NCBI GenBank assembly: GCA_947632545.1
Contig: CANRPP010000003.1
Coordinates: 351 to 64,350 of the forward strand
Length of the DNA: 64,000 nucleotides
Direction: 5' to 3'
DNA from: an uncultured Bacilli bacterium
Lineage (GTDB): Bacteria; Bacillota_I; Bacilli_A; RF39; UBA660
The notes beneath the pieces are model-generated. The model was not told where the DNA came from, ran no database searches, and saw only the letters and a program-made list of their open reading frames with translations. This document shows positions 27,883-37,775 of the stretch, in pieces. A program made the translations under genes and the position numbers. Each line of letters begins with the position of its first letter. Position 1 is the first letter of the stretch.

Positions 27883-28995
27883 ATGATTATTAAGAATATA
27901 AAATTGTCTAATTTTAGAAATTATTCTCATTTGAATGTTAATTTTAATGAGAAGATGAATATATTTATAGGAAAAAATGCTCAAGGAAAAACAAATATAT
28001 TAGAAAGTATTTGTGTTCTCGCTCTTACAAAAACATATAAAAATGGAGTAGAACCTAATTTAATATCTTTTAATAAAAAAAAGGCATTAATAAAGGGTAG
28101 TGTAAAAGATACAAAATTAACTAATAAATTAGAAATATGTATAGAAGAAGGTAATAAAACATTAAAAATAAATAATAATGAAATAAGAAAAATTAGTGAA
28201 TATATTTCTAATTTAAATATTATAGTATTTTCTCCTGAAGATTTAGAAATAATAAAGGGATCACCTAATGTAAGAAGAAATCTTATAAATATGCAATTAT
28301 CTCAAATATCTATTAAATATTTAAATACATACAATGAATATAATAAAATATTAAAAATAAGAAATGAATATTTAAAATTATTATTAACATCTTCTATAGC
28401 AGATAAAAATTATTTGGATATTATTACTGAAAAATTAATAGAAAAAGCTATAATAATATATCAAGAGAGAAAAAAATATTTAGACTTTATTAATAAAAAT
28501 ATAAATTCTATATATAAAAAAATAACTGGAGAAGAAAAACTTTCAATTATATATGAAACAAATATAGATATAGAAGATTTTTCTACTGAAAATATATATA
28601 ATGTTATAAAAGATAAATTTAATAAAGAATATAGAAAGGAATTAAATTATGGAATGACATTATATGGTCCGCATAGAGATGATTTTATTTTTTCATTGAA
28701 TGGGAAAAATTTAAAATATTTTGGTTCACAAGGACAACAAAAAATATCTATATTGTCCTTTAAATTATCTGAAATTGATATATTTTTAGAATATAGAAAT
28801 ACAAAACCTGTATTATTATTAGATGATATTTTTAGTGAACTTGATATAAATAAAAGAAATAAATTATTAGAATTTATAAATACTGATATTCAAAGTATTA
28901 TTACTACAACAGATTTAAAAAATATAAAATCAAAGTATACAAAAGATGCATATATATATCAAATAAATAATGGAAATATAGAAAGAAGGCAATAA
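27883..28995 (+). CDS. recF: DNA replication and repair protein RecF
   Basis: 370 aa. The N-terminus L.NFRNY and Walker A GKNAQGKTNILE align from Met1 with Bacillus RecF. The signature block is SQGQQK. Confidence 0.95.
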   Translation: MIIKNIKLSNFRNYSHLNVNFNEKMNIFIGKNAQGKTNILESICVLALTKTYKNGVEPNLISFNKKKALIKGSVKDTKLTNKLEICIEEGNKTLKINNNEIRKISEYISNLNIIVFSPEDLEIIKGSPNVRRNLINMQLSQISIKYLNTYNEYNKILKIRNEYLKLLLTSSIADKNYLDIITEKLIEKAIIIYQERKKYLDFINKNINSIYKKITGEEKLSIIYETNIDIEDFSTENIYNVIKDKFNKEYRKELNYGMTLYGPHRDDFIFSLNGKNLKYFGSQGQQKISILSFKLSEIDIFLEYRNTKPVLLLDDIFSELDINKRNKLLEFINTDIQSIITTTDLKNIKSKYTKDAYIYQINNGNIERRQ

Positions 28996-28998
28996 AAA

Positions 28999-30924
28999 AT
29001 GACAGAAATGAAAGAAAAAGAGTATGATTCATCATCAATTCAAGTATTAGAAGGATTAGAGGCCGTAAGAAAACGTCCAGGAATGTATATAGGAACTACT
29101 TCATCTAGAGGATTACATCATTTAGTTTGGGAAATAGTAGATAATGCGATAGACGAGGCTTTAGCAGGATATTGTACACATATTGAAGTAAGTATTGGAA
29201 CAGAAAATACAATAACTGTAAAAGATGATGGACGTGGTATACCTGTTGATAAACATCCAAAAACTGGTAAAAGTACAGTAGAAACTGTATATACAGTATT
29301 ACATGCTGGTGGTAAATTCGGTGGAGGAGGATATAAAGTATCTGGTGGACTTCATGGAGTAGGTGCTAGTGTTGTTAATGCATTAAGTAGTTGGTTAGAA
29401 GTAAAAGTTTATAAAAATGGTAATGTATATTATCAAAGATATGAAAATGGAGGACATCCAGTAGATGATTTAAAAATAATAGATTCTTGTTCTAAAGAAA
29501 GAACAGGAACTACAGTTACTTTTAAACCAGATCCAGAAGTATTTACAGATACAATAGTATATGATTATGAAATATTAAAAACACGTATTCGTGAATTAGC
29601 GTTTTTAAATAAAGGATTAAAAATATCTTTATATGACGAAAGAGAAGATGATAAGAAAGATTCTTTTTGTTATGAAGGTGGAATTAGTGAATATGTAAAA
29701 ATGATCAATGAAAATAAAAATCCTATTCATGAAACAATAATAGATTGTGCAGGTGTTGATAATGATATTTCATTAGAAGTTGCCTTACAATATAATGAAA
29801 CATATAATGCTAGTATATATTCTTTTGTTAATAATATAAATACTCCAGAAGGTGGAACACATGAAGATGGAGTTAAAAGAGCTTTAACTAGAATATTAAA
29901 TAAATATGCTACTAGTAGTGGAATGTTAAAGGATAAAGATTCTAATTTAACTGGAGATGATGTTAAAGAAGGAATAACTATGATTATTTCAGTTAAACAT
30001 CCAAATCCTCAATTTGAAGGTCAAACTAAAACAAAATTAGGAAATAGTGAAGTTAGAGGTATTGCTGATAAAATATTTTCAGCATCCTTTGAAAGATTTT
30101 TAATGGAAAATCCAGATCAAGCAAAGGTTATTGTAGAAAAAAGTATGACTGCATCACGTGCTAGAGTAGCTGCTAAAAAAGCTAGAGAATTAACAAGACG
30201 TAAAGGTGATTTAGATGTAACTAATTTCTATGGAAAATTATCTGATTGTAAGAGTAAAGATCCTAGTGAATGTGAAATATTTTTAGTCGAAGGTGATTCA
30301 GCAGGAGGTTCTGCTATAAAAGGTCGTAATAGTATGACTCAAGCAATACTTCCATTAAGAGGTAAAATTTTAAATGTAGAAAAAGCACGTCTTGATAGAG
30401 CGCTATCTAATGAAGAAATAAAAACAATTATTACGGCATTTGGAACTGGAATTGGCGAAGACTTCGATTTATCAAAATTACGTTATGATAAGATTATAAT
30501 AATGACAGATGCAGATGTTGATGGTTCACATATAAGAGTTTTATTATTAACACTTTTCTATAGATTTTTTAAACCAATTGTTGAAGCAGGTCATGTATAT
30601 GCGGCACAACCGCCATTATTTGTTATAAAACATGGTAAAAATATTAAGTATGTATTAAATGAGCAAGAAAGAGATGAATACTTAAAAACATTATCTCCAA
30701 ATACAAAATATGATATTATGCGTATGAAAGGTTTAGGAGAAATGGATGCAGAAGAATTAAATGAAACAACTATGGATATAGAAAAAAGAGTATTACGACA
30801 AATAACAGTAGAGGATACAATGGCTGCAGATGATGTATTTTCAAAATTAATGGGTGAAGAAGTTGAACCTAGAAGATCATTTATAGAAGAAAATGCAGTA
30901 TATGTTGAGAATTTGGATATTTAG
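28999..30924 (+). CDS. gyrB: DNA gyrase subunit B
   Basis: 641 aa with [41 protein letters not shown] and [12 protein letters not shown]. Confidence 0.97.
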   Translation: MTEMKEKEYDSSSIQVLEGLEAVRKRPGMYIGTTSSRGLHHLVWEIVDNAIDEALAGYCTHIEVSIGTENTITVKDDGRGIPVDKHPKTGKSTVETVYTVLHAGGKFGGGGYKVSGGLHGVGASVVNALSSWLEVKVYKNGNVYYQRYENGGHPVDDLKIIDSCSKERTGTTVTFKPDPEVFTDTIVYDYEILKTRIRELAFLNKGLKISLYDEREDDKKDSFCYEGGISEYVKMINENKNPIHETIIDCAGVDNDISLEVALQYNETYNASIYSFVNNINTPEGGTHEDGVKRALTRILNKYATSSGMLKDKDSNLTGDDVKEGITMIISVKHPNPQFEGQTKTKLGNSEVRGIADKIFSASFERFLMENPDQAKVIVEKSMTASRARVAAKKARELTRRKGDLDVTNFYGKLSDCKSKDPSECEIFLVEGDSAGGSAIKGRNSMTQAILPLRGKILNVEKARLDRALSNEEIKTIITAFGTGIGEDFDLSKLRYDKIIIMTDADVDGSHIRVLLLTLFYRFFKPIVEAGHVYAAQPPLFVIKHGKNIKYVLNEQERDEYLKTLSPNTKYDIMRMKGLGEMDAEELNETTMDIEKRVLRQITVEDTMAADDVFSKLMGEEVEPRRSFIEENAVYVENLDI

Positions 30925-30936
30925 GAGGTAAGGATA

Positions 30937-33402
30937 ATGGATAGATTAGAACAAAATAATATAGTTAATGAAGTTAAAGATTCTTTTTTGGAATATTCAA
31001 TGAGTGTAATAGTTGCACGTGCCTTACCGGATTTAAGAGATGGATTAAAGCCAGTTCATAGACGTATTTTATATTCTATGTATGAATCAGGTTATACACC
31101 AGATAAACCTCATAAAAAGAGTGCTAGAATAGTAGGGGATGTAATGGGTAAATATCATCCTCATGGAGATTCTAGTATATATGAAGCAATGGTTAGAATG
31201 GCACAAGATTTTTCATATCGTAATATGTTAGTAGATGGTCATGGTAACTTTGGTAATATAGAAGGATATGGAGCAGCAGCAATGCGTTATACTGAATCAC
31301 GTCTTTCTAAAATTTCATTGCAATTATTAAGAGATATTAATAAAGATACAGTAGATTTTACTCCAAACTTCGATGAAAGTGAAAAAGAGCCTGTTATATT
31401 ACCTTCAAGATTTCCTAATATATTAGTAAATGGAACAATGGGAATTGCTGTTGGTATGGCTACTAATATACCACCACATAATTTAGGAGAGGTAATAGAT
31501 GGTTGTATTGCATATATTGATAATCCAGATATAGATTTAGATGGATTAATGCAATATATTAAAGGACCTGATTTTCCAACAGGAGCAACTATTTTAGGTA
31601 ATAGTGGTATTAGAAAAGCCTATGAAACAGGTAAAGGAACTATTACTATTAGAAGTAAAGCTAGGATAGAAGAAGAAAAAGGAAAGCACTATATAATTGT
31701 TGATGAAGTTCCATATGGAGTTAATACATTAGAATTAAAAAATAAAGTAGCGGATTTAGTACATAATAAAGTAATAGATGGAATAAGTGATTATCATACA
31801 GATTTAAAAGATGGAATAAAAATTACTATTACTTTAAAAAAAGATGCAAATCCACAAGTAGTATTAAATAATTTATATAAGCATACAGCTTTTCAAACAA
31901 GTTATGGTATAACATTTTTAATGCTTGATCAAGGAGTACCTAAAACTTTAGGATTAAAAGATATAATATCAAAATATATTGATTATCAAAAAGAAATAAT
32001 AATAAGGAGAACAAGATTTGATTTAAATAAAGATGAAGCACGAGCACATATTTTAGAAGGGTTAAAAATAGCATTAGATCACATTGATGAAATTATTAAA
32101 TTAATAAGAGGCTCTAAAAGTGATGAAATTGCAATGAATGGTTTAATGTCAAATTATTCATTAACTGAAAAACAAGCTCAAGCAATTCTTGAAATGAAAT
32201 TAAGAAGATTAACTGGATTAGAAAGAGATAAAATTGAGAATGAATTAAAAGAATTATTAGAAGAAATTGAAAAATTAAAAGGTATTTTAGCAAGTGAAGC
32301 TAAAGTATTAGAAATAATAAAAGAAGAAATGTTTGAAATAAAAGCAAAATTTGCTGATGAGAGACGTACAAATATTGATATGACTGCTATTGAATATATT
32401 GAAGATGAATCTCTAATACCTGTTGAAGATATAATAATAACTCTAACAAATAAAGGCTATATTAAACGTTTAAAATCAGACACTTATAGATCTCAAAATA
32501 GAGGTGGTGTTGGTATTAAAGGTATGACAACTAATGAAGAAGATATAGTAGAACACTTGTTATCAACAAAAACACATGATTATATATTATTCTTCTCTAA
32601 TAAGGGTAGAGTTTATAGATTAAAAGGTTATGAAATACCAGAATTTGGCAGACAATCTAAAGGTTTACCAATTGTAAATTTACTATCTCTTGATAAAGAT
32701 GAAAACATACGTTCTATAATATCTGTTGATGGCAAAGAAGAAAATTCTAAATATTTATTATTTACAACTAAAAAAGGACTTGTAAAAAGAACAGAAATTA
32801 AAGAATTTGATAGTATTAGAAAAGGTGGAAAAATAGCTATTCTTCTAAAAGAAGAAGATGAATTAATTTCTGTTAAAAAGACTAGCGGACAAGATGAAAT
32901 AGTAATTGGTGCAAATAATGGTAGAATGGTTAGATTTATAGAAACTGAAATAAGATCTATGGGTAGAAATACTTCAGGAGTAAAAGGAATAGATTTAGGA
33001 GATGCTATAGTAGTTGGAAGTGAAGTATTACAACCAGACCAATTAATATTAATAGTTACTGAAAAAGGTTATGGTAAACAATCACCAATTGAAGAATATA
33101 GATTGACTCATAGAGGAAGTAAAGGTGTTAAAGCACTAAATATAACAGAAAAAAATGGAATGATGGTAGCATTAAAATGTGTGGATAAAAATAAAATAGA
33201 ATCAAATGATATAATGATTATAACTGATAGTGGAATAATTATGAGAATGCCTTTATCACAAATTTCTATTTTAAAAAGAGCAACACAAGGAGTTAGGTTA
33301 ATTAATTTAAAAGAAAAACAAACAGTATCTACAATAGCAATTGTAGAAAAAGAAGATATTGAGGAAGATGAACCAACTGAAATACCTGAAAATGTAGCAT
33401 AA
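30937..33402 (+). CDS. gyrA: DNA gyrase subunit A
   Basis: 821 aa with [36 protein letters not shown] and the active-site tyrosine block [10 protein letters not shown]. Confidence 0.97.
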   Translation: MDRLEQNNIVNEVKDSFLEYSMSVIVARALPDLRDGLKPVHRRILYSMYESGYTPDKPHKKSARIVGDVMGKYHPHGDSSIYEAMVRMAQDFSYRNMLVDGHGNFGNIEGYGAAAMRYTESRLSKISLQLLRDINKDTVDFTPNFDESEKEPVILPSRFPNILVNGTMGIAVGMATNIPPHNLGEVIDGCIAYIDNPDIDLDGLMQYIKGPDFPTGATILGNSGIRKAYETGKGTITIRSKARIEEEKGKHYIIVDEVPYGVNTLELKNKVADLVHNKVIDGISDYHTDLKDGIKITITLKKDANPQVVLNNLYKHTAFQTSYGITFLMLDQGVPKTLGLKDIISKYIDYQKEIIIRRTRFDLNKDEARAHILEGLKIALDHIDEIIKLIRGSKSDEIAMNGLMSNYSLTEKQAQAILEMKLRRLTGLERDKIENELKELLEEIEKLKGILASEAKVLEIIKEEMFEIKAKFADERRTNIDMTAIEYIEDESLIPVEDIIITLTNKGYIKRLKSDTYRSQNRGGVGIKGMTTNEEDIVEHLLSTKTHDYILFFSNKGRVYRLKGYEIPEFGRQSKGLPIVNLLSLDKDENIRSIISVDGKEENSKYLLFTTKKGLVKRTEIKEFDSIRKGGKIAILLKEEDELISVKKTSGQDEIVIGANNGRMVRFIETEIRSMGRNTSGVKGIDLGDAIVVGSEVLQPDQLILIVTEKGYGKQSPIEEYRLTHRGSKGVKALNITEKNGMMVALKCVDKNKIESNDIMIITDSGIIMRMPLSQISILKRATQGVRLINLKEKQTVSTIAIVEKEDIEEDEPTEIPENVA

Positions 33403-33417
33403 TAGCTACATTTTTTT
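33391..33417 (+). terminator. hairpin and T-run overlapping the gyrA stop codon
   Basis: 7-8 bp stem AATGTAGC/GCTACATT with a 6-nt loop that contains the TAA stop, followed by TTTTTTT. It is AT-rich and therefore weak. Confidence 0.5.
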
Positions 33418-33425
33418 ATAAAAAT

Positions 33426-33439
33426 ATTTCCCGGGAAAT
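33426..33439. promoter_or_regulatory. Noc-binding site (NBS), perfect palindrome ATTTCCCGGGAAAT
   Basis: Exact match to the 14-bp B. subtilis NBS consensus. It extends to the 16-bp palindrome TATTTCCCGGGAAATA (33425-33440). Confidence 0.75.
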
Positions 33440-33450
33440 AAAAAAAGTAA

Positions 33451-33466
33451 TGTTTCACGTGAAACA
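33451..33466. promoter_or_regulatory. parS: parS centromere-like site 1, TGTTTCACGTGAAACA
   Basis: Perfect 16-bp palindrome that fits the Firmicute parS consensus TGTTNCACGTGAAACA at every position. It extends to 18 bp as ATGTTTCACGTGAAACAT. Confidence 0.87.
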
Positions 33467-33487
33467 TAGATAAGTTAATTTTAATAA

Positions 33488-33503
33488 TGTTTCACGTGAA
33501 ACA
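33488..33503. promoter_or_regulatory. parS: parS centromere-like site 2, TGTTTCACGTGAAACA
   Basis: Second identical copy. The 21 nt TAATGTTTCACGTGAAACATA are shared with site 1. The centres are 37 bp apart. Confidence 0.87.
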
Positions 33504-33555
33504 TACACTAAAATTAAAAAACTTGTATTTTTAATAATAATATAATACAATAAAT

Positions 33556-33630
33556 ACGTGCAATAAGTGCATTGGAACCAAGTCAGAATCGGAAGATAGC
33601 AGCTTTAACAATCAACACTTATGTGCACTT
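33556..33630 (+). ncRNA. ffs: signal recognition particle RNA, short (4.5S-like) form
   Basis: CCAAGUCAGAAUC-GGAA-GAUAGCAGC matches the universal SRP domain IV (CCAGGUCAGGUCC-GGAA-GGAAGCAGCC in E. coli 4.5S). It is closed by a 12-bp terminal stem GUGCAAUAAGUG/CACUUAU(G)UGCAC. TATAAT lies at 33541-46 and a T-run follows the 3' arm. The scr gene sits next to tadA/dnaX in Bacillus too. The exact ends are approximate. Confidence 0.75.
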
Positions 33631-33650
33631 TTATTTTTGGAGTGAATTAA

Positions 33651-34088
33651 ATGAAAGAAAAATATATGAAAATAGCTATAAAAGAAGCAATTAAATCATT
33701 TAAAAAAAATGAAGTTCCAGTAGGTTGTGTTATAGTAAAAAATAATAAAATAATAGCAAAAGCACACAATTTAAAAGAAAAAAAACATAGTGTTATATAT
33801 CATGCAGAATTAATTGCAATAGAAAAAGCATCAAAAAAATTAAAAAATTGGAGATTAAATGATTGTGAAATATATGTTACATTACAACCATGTCCTATGT
33901 GTTCAAGTGCAATAAAACAAGCTAGAATTTCAAAAGTTTATTATGGGGTAGAAAATAAAAATAATGATATTAGTAACAAAATATTTGTAAATAAAGATAA
34001 TAATGCATGTGTAATAATTGAAGAAAAAATATGTGAAGAAGAGTGCAAAAAAATAATTACTAAATTCTTTAAAAATAAGCGAAAATAA
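33651..34088 (+). CDS. tadA: tRNA adenosine(34) deaminase
   Basis: 145 aa with the CMP/dCMP deaminase zinc motifs HAELIAIEKA and PCPMCSSA. Confidence 0.9.
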   Translation: MKEKYMKIAIKEAIKSFKKNEVPVGCVIVKNNKIIAKAHNLKEKKHSVIYHAELIAIEKASKKLKNWRLNDCEIYVTLQPCPMCSSAIKQARISKVYYGVENKNNDISNKIFVNKDNNACVIIEEKICEEECKKIITKFFKNKRK

Positions 34089-34129
34089 TGCTAAATATGG
34101 TATAATATATATAGAAAAGTGGTGATTTT

Positions 34130-35782
34130 ATGTATCAAGCTTTATATAGAAAATATAGACCAAAGAGTTTTGATGATGTAGTAGGACAAGATTTTGTTGT
34201 AAAAACATTAAAAAATTCAATAATAAATAATAAAATTAGTCATGCATATATGTTTTTTGGCCCTAGAGGTATTGGAAAAACAACAATTGCTAAAATATTA
34301 TCTAGGTCTGTTAATTGTGAAAATCCTCAAGACGGAAATGCTTGTGGAAAATGTAATAGTTGCTTAAAATCTATAAATAGTGTTGATATCATTGAAATTG
34401 ATGCTGCTTCAAATAATGGTGTTGATGAAATAAGAGAAATAAAAAGCAAAGTTAATATTGTACCTAGTGAACTTAAATATAAAGTTTATATAATAGATGA
34501 AGTTCATATGTTAACATCGGGTGCATTTAACGCATTATTAAAAACTTTAGAAGAACCACCAAGTCATGTTATTTTTATATTAGCAACAACAGATCCTCAA
34601 AAAGTATCAGATACAATTATTTCAAGATGCCAATGCTATTCATTTAAAAGAATTAGCGTTGAAAATATTATTTCAAAATTATCATATGTATGTAAAAAAG
34701 AAAACATAATGATAGATACTGCTGTTTTACAGTTAATTGCGGAACATTCTGACGGAGGATTACGAGATTCATTGGGTGTATTAGATAAATTATCATCTTA
34801 TAAAATGGATAAAATAACCATTGAAGATTATTATGAAATTAATGATATGATTACAGAAAAAGAATTAAATGAATTTAAAAATAGTATTTTATTATTAGAT
34901 AATAAAACAATCATCGATAAAATAAAAAAATATAGTGATAGTGGAAAAAATTTAATTGAAATTATAAAACAACTATTGATATCGTTACGTGATGATATAA
35001 TTAATTATTATATAAATGATAATAAAAATAATATAAATATTACTGAATATCAAAAATTAACAAATATAATAAACGAAAATATGTTTGATATTAAAAAAAG
35101 TGGAAATCCCAGAATTTATATAGAAATAATGTTGTTAAATTATATAAATAATTCAAAAATTATTTCCCAGGAAATAAATAAAAGCGAAAATCCTATAAAA
35201 AATGAGAAAAATGATAGTAAAATAGAAAATATAGTAAAAAAAGAAGTAAAAAAAGAAAAAATAAAAGAAGATAATAGTGATAAGGAAAAAGAAGATTCAT
35301 TAATTAATAATTCAAATTTATTAGAAATAAACGATATTAGAATTAATAATGTTTTGGCAAAAGCAGATAAAAAAGAAAAAATTAAAAATTTATCACTAAT
35401 TGACTCATTAAATGAATATGTTTTTGATCAAAAAATAGGATATATCATTTCAGAAATTTTAAATGCTACTTTAGAGGCTGCCAGTAATGATGCTTTAATT
35501 TTGAGTTATGAATATGAGTCAGTTGTTGATACTAATTTAAATAATTTAGAAAAATTAACTAAAGTGTTTAATGAAAAGACTGATTCTAACAAAAAACTAG
35601 CAATTGTTAGTAAAGCAAAATGGGATAAAGTAAAAAAAGAATACATTAATAATACTAAAAATGGCAAAAAGTATGATATTATAGAAGAGCCTGATCTAGT
35701 TATTAAAAAAAGTCAGGAAAATAAATCAAAAAATGCAGAAAATGCTTTAGATTTATTTAAAGATATAGTGGAAATAAAATAG
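34130..35782 (+). CDS. dnaX: DNA polymerase III subunit gamma/tau
   Basis: 550 aa with YRKYRP..F.DVVGQ, Walker A GPRGIGKTT, the zinc module CGKCNSC, IIDEVHML and SRCQ. Confidence 0.95.
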   Translation: MYQALYRKYRPKSFDDVVGQDFVVKTLKNSIINNKISHAYMFFGPRGIGKTTIAKILSRSVNCENPQDGNACGKCNSCLKSINSVDIIEIDAASNNGVDEIREIKSKVNIVPSELKYKVYIIDEVHMLTSGAFNALLKTLEEPPSHVIFILATTDPQKVSDTIISRCQCYSFKRISVENIISKLSYVCKKENIMIDTAVLQLIAEHSDGGLRDSLGVLDKLSSYKMDKITIEDYYEINDMITEKELNEFKNSILLLDNKTIIDKIKKYSDSGKNLIEIIKQLLISLRDDIINYYINDNKNNINITEYQKLTNIINENMFDIKKSGNPRIYIEIMLLNYINNSKIISQEINKSENPIKNEKNDSKIENIVKKEVKKEKIKEDNSDKEKEDSLINNSNLLEINDIRINNVLAKADKKEKIKNLSLIDSLNEYVFDQKIGYIISEILNATLEAASNDALILSYEYESVVDTNLNNLEKLTKVFNEKTDSNKKLAIVSKAKWDKVKKEYINNTKNGKKYDIIEEPDLVIKKSQENKSKNAENALDLFKDIVEIK

Positions 35783-35795
35783 AGGAGGAATAATT

Positions 35796-36095
35796 ATGAA
35801 TATGCAAGCGTTAATGAAACAAGCACAAAAATTACAAAAAGATATGTTAAATGCCAAAGAAGAAATTGATAATACCTTATTTACTGGAGAAAACTCATTA
35901 GTAAAGGTAACTATGAAAGGTACAAGAGAACTAACAAAAGTAGAAATTAATTCAGAAGAATCATTAGATAAAGATGATATAGAAATGTTACAGGATATGA
36001 TTTTAGTTGCTGTTAATGAAGCATTGTCTAAAATAGATAAAATGACAGAAGAAAAAATGGGAAAATATGGCAATTCTATGCCAGGATTATTTTAG
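35796..36095 (+). CDS. ybaB: nucleoid-associated protein YbaB/EbfC
   Basis: 99 aa. MNMQALMKQAQKLQKDM and the C-terminal PGLF, within the dnaX-ybaB-recR order. Confidence 0.92.
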   Translation: MNMQALMKQAQKLQKDMLNAKEEIDNTLFTGENSLVKVTMKGTRELTKVEINSEESLDKDDIEMLQDMILVAVNEALSKIDKMTEEKMGKYGNSMPGLF

Positions 36096-36097
36096 AT

Positions 36098-36694
36098 ATG
36101 TTACCTGAAAGTATAAATGATTTAATAGAATCTTTTAAATTGTTGCCCGGTGTGGGTGCAAAAACAGCAGAAAGATTAGCATTTTCTATAATTGAAATGG
36201 AACAAGAAAATGTCAATTTTTTTTCAAATAGTTTACTTACAGTAAAAAATAAAATAAAACATTGTATTATTTGTAATGGTTTAGCAGATAATGATATATG
36301 TCCTATATGTCAAGATAAATCTAGAACTAATGATATCTTATGTGTATTAGATGATCCAAAAAATGTATTTTTATTTGAAAAAATGGGAATATTTAAAGGA
36401 AAATATCATATACTTGATGGTTTGATTTCACCTTTAGAAGGAATTAATCCTGAAGATATAGGAATTGATAAATTACTAGAGAGGATAAAAAAAGAAAACT
36501 ATAAGGAAATATTATTTGCATTAAAACCTAGTATAGAAGGTGAAACTACCTCTTTATATATTAAAAAAATATTAGATAATAACAATATTAAAACTACAAG
36601 ATTGGCAAGTGGTGTTCCTATGGGAGCAGATATGGAATATATTGATGAATTGACTTTAGAAAGAGCATTAGCAGATCGAAAAGAAATAGAATAA
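36098..36694 (+). CDS. recR: recombination protein RecR
   Basis: 198 aa with LPGVG.K.A.R.AF, the C4 zinc finger C..C......C.IC and a Toprim region. Confidence 0.95.
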   Translation: MLPESINDLIESFKLLPGVGAKTAERLAFSIIEMEQENVNFFSNSLLTVKNKIKHCIICNGLADNDICPICQDKSRTNDILCVLDDPKNVFLFEKMGIFKGKYHILDGLISPLEGINPEDIGIDKLLERIKKENYKEILFALKPSIEGETTSLYIKKILDNNNIKTTRLASGVPMGADMEYIDELTLERALADRKEIE

Positions 36695-36737
36695 AATATA
36701 TCTTTTTTCATATTTTATATTAAGGAGATGGACAAGT

Positions 36738-36923
36738 ATGAAAAAAGTATTATATTTTGTAAAAAGGGTTTTATTAAGTTTTATAATTTTATATAGTTAT
36801 AATTTAATTGCAGTAAATTTTAATATGGTAATTCCTATTAACTTAATAACAGTAGGTGCAGTTTCAATTTTAGGTGTACCATCTTTAATAGCTTTATTAT
36901 TAATTAAAATAGTTGCTTTATAA
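36738..36923 (+). CDS. bofA: BofA-like pro-sigmaK processing inhibitor (small two-TM protein)
   Basis: 61 aa. Two hydrophobic helices with the P.N.ITVG.VSILG.P.L..LL pattern. It lies downstream of recR, as bofA does in Bacillus. The assignment rests on size, topology and synteny. Confidence 0.55.
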   Translation: MKKVLYFVKRVLLSFIILYSYNLIAVNFNMVIPINLITVGAVSILGVPSLIALLLIKIVAL

Positions 36924-36943
36924 AAAAGTTGTGAGGTGATATT

Positions 36944-37774
36944 TTGGATATTTATAATGAACAAGAAAAAGCTTGTGCTTTTATTGAAAAAACTATAAAA
37001 GAAAATCAAAAAATATCACATGCATATTTTATAGAAACAAATGGGTATAAAAATTATCTCGATTTTGTTAAATATATGATTAAACTTATATTATGTTCTA
37101 CACTAACTAATAATAAAGAAAAAACAAAAATTATTAATGCTATTGATCATAATAACTATCCAGATATTCAATATATCTATCCAGAAGGTAATTATATAAA
37201 GAAAGAGCAACTTTTAAATCTTGAAAAAGAGTTTTCAAAAAAATCAATGCTAGATAATAAATTAATTTATGTAATAAATGAGGCAGAAAAACTAAATGAT
37301 TCTTCTGCAAATACAATATTAAAATTTTTAGAAGAACCTGAAGAAAATATTATTGCAATTATAGTTGCAAATAATAGGTATAAGGTAATAGAAACAATAT
37401 TATCACGATGTCAAATAATATCATTATCTAATAATAATATTAATATAGATATAAATGATTATACAGAAGAATTTTTAAATGATTTAATAAAAACAAAAAA
37501 ATTAATTATAAACTATGATTTATATTTAGAAAATTTATTTTCAGATAAAAAATCTTCCATTGATACCTTAGAAAATATAGAATTATTATTTTATAATTAT
37601 TTAAATGAATATACTATTTCTAAATCAATGAAAACTTTATTAGACCAATCAAAAAATGAAGATATAATAAAATATATTTTAATTATAAATGATTTTAAAA
37701 ATAAATTAGAGTATAATTTAAATATTAAATTGTGGTTAATGAATTTAATTGTTGAATTATTAGAGGTGAAGTAA
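36944..37774 (+). CDS. holB: DNA polymerase III subunit delta prime
   Basis: 276 aa with a TTG start (SD GAGGTGA 5 nt upstream). Has SHAY.F, ANTILKFLEEP and SRCQ.I blocks. Confidence 0.85.
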   Translation: MDIYNEQEKACAFIEKTIKENQKISHAYFIETNGYKNYLDFVKYMIKLILCSTLTNNKEKTKIINAIDHNNYPDIQYIYPEGNYIKKEQLLNLEKEFSKKSMLDNKLIYVINEAEKLNDSSANTILKFLEEPEENIIAIIVANNRYKVIETILSRCQIISLSNNNINIDINDYTEEFLNDLIKTKKLIINYDLYLENLFSDKKSSIDTLENIELLFYNYLNEYTISKSMKTLLDQSKNEDIIKYILIINDFKNKLEYNLNIKLWLMNLIVELLEVK

Positions 37775-37775
37775 A

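Noticed and set aside
33108-33467. 119-aa minus-strand ORF in the track (MFHVKHYFF...).
   Set aside because: It starts inside the parS palindrome, runs antisense to the gyrA 3' end, has no SD, and has the low-complexity composition typical of shadow ORFs in AT-rich DNA.
33450-33504. I first considered the two ATGTTTCACGTGAAACAT palindromes as intrinsic terminators, transposon inverted repeats or an unknown transcription-factor operator.
   Set aside because: They lack a loop and a following T-run. No transposase or target duplication is nearby. The 16-bp core matches the parS consensus exactly, and the neighbouring palindrome matches the NBS, so centromere-like sites explain them fully.
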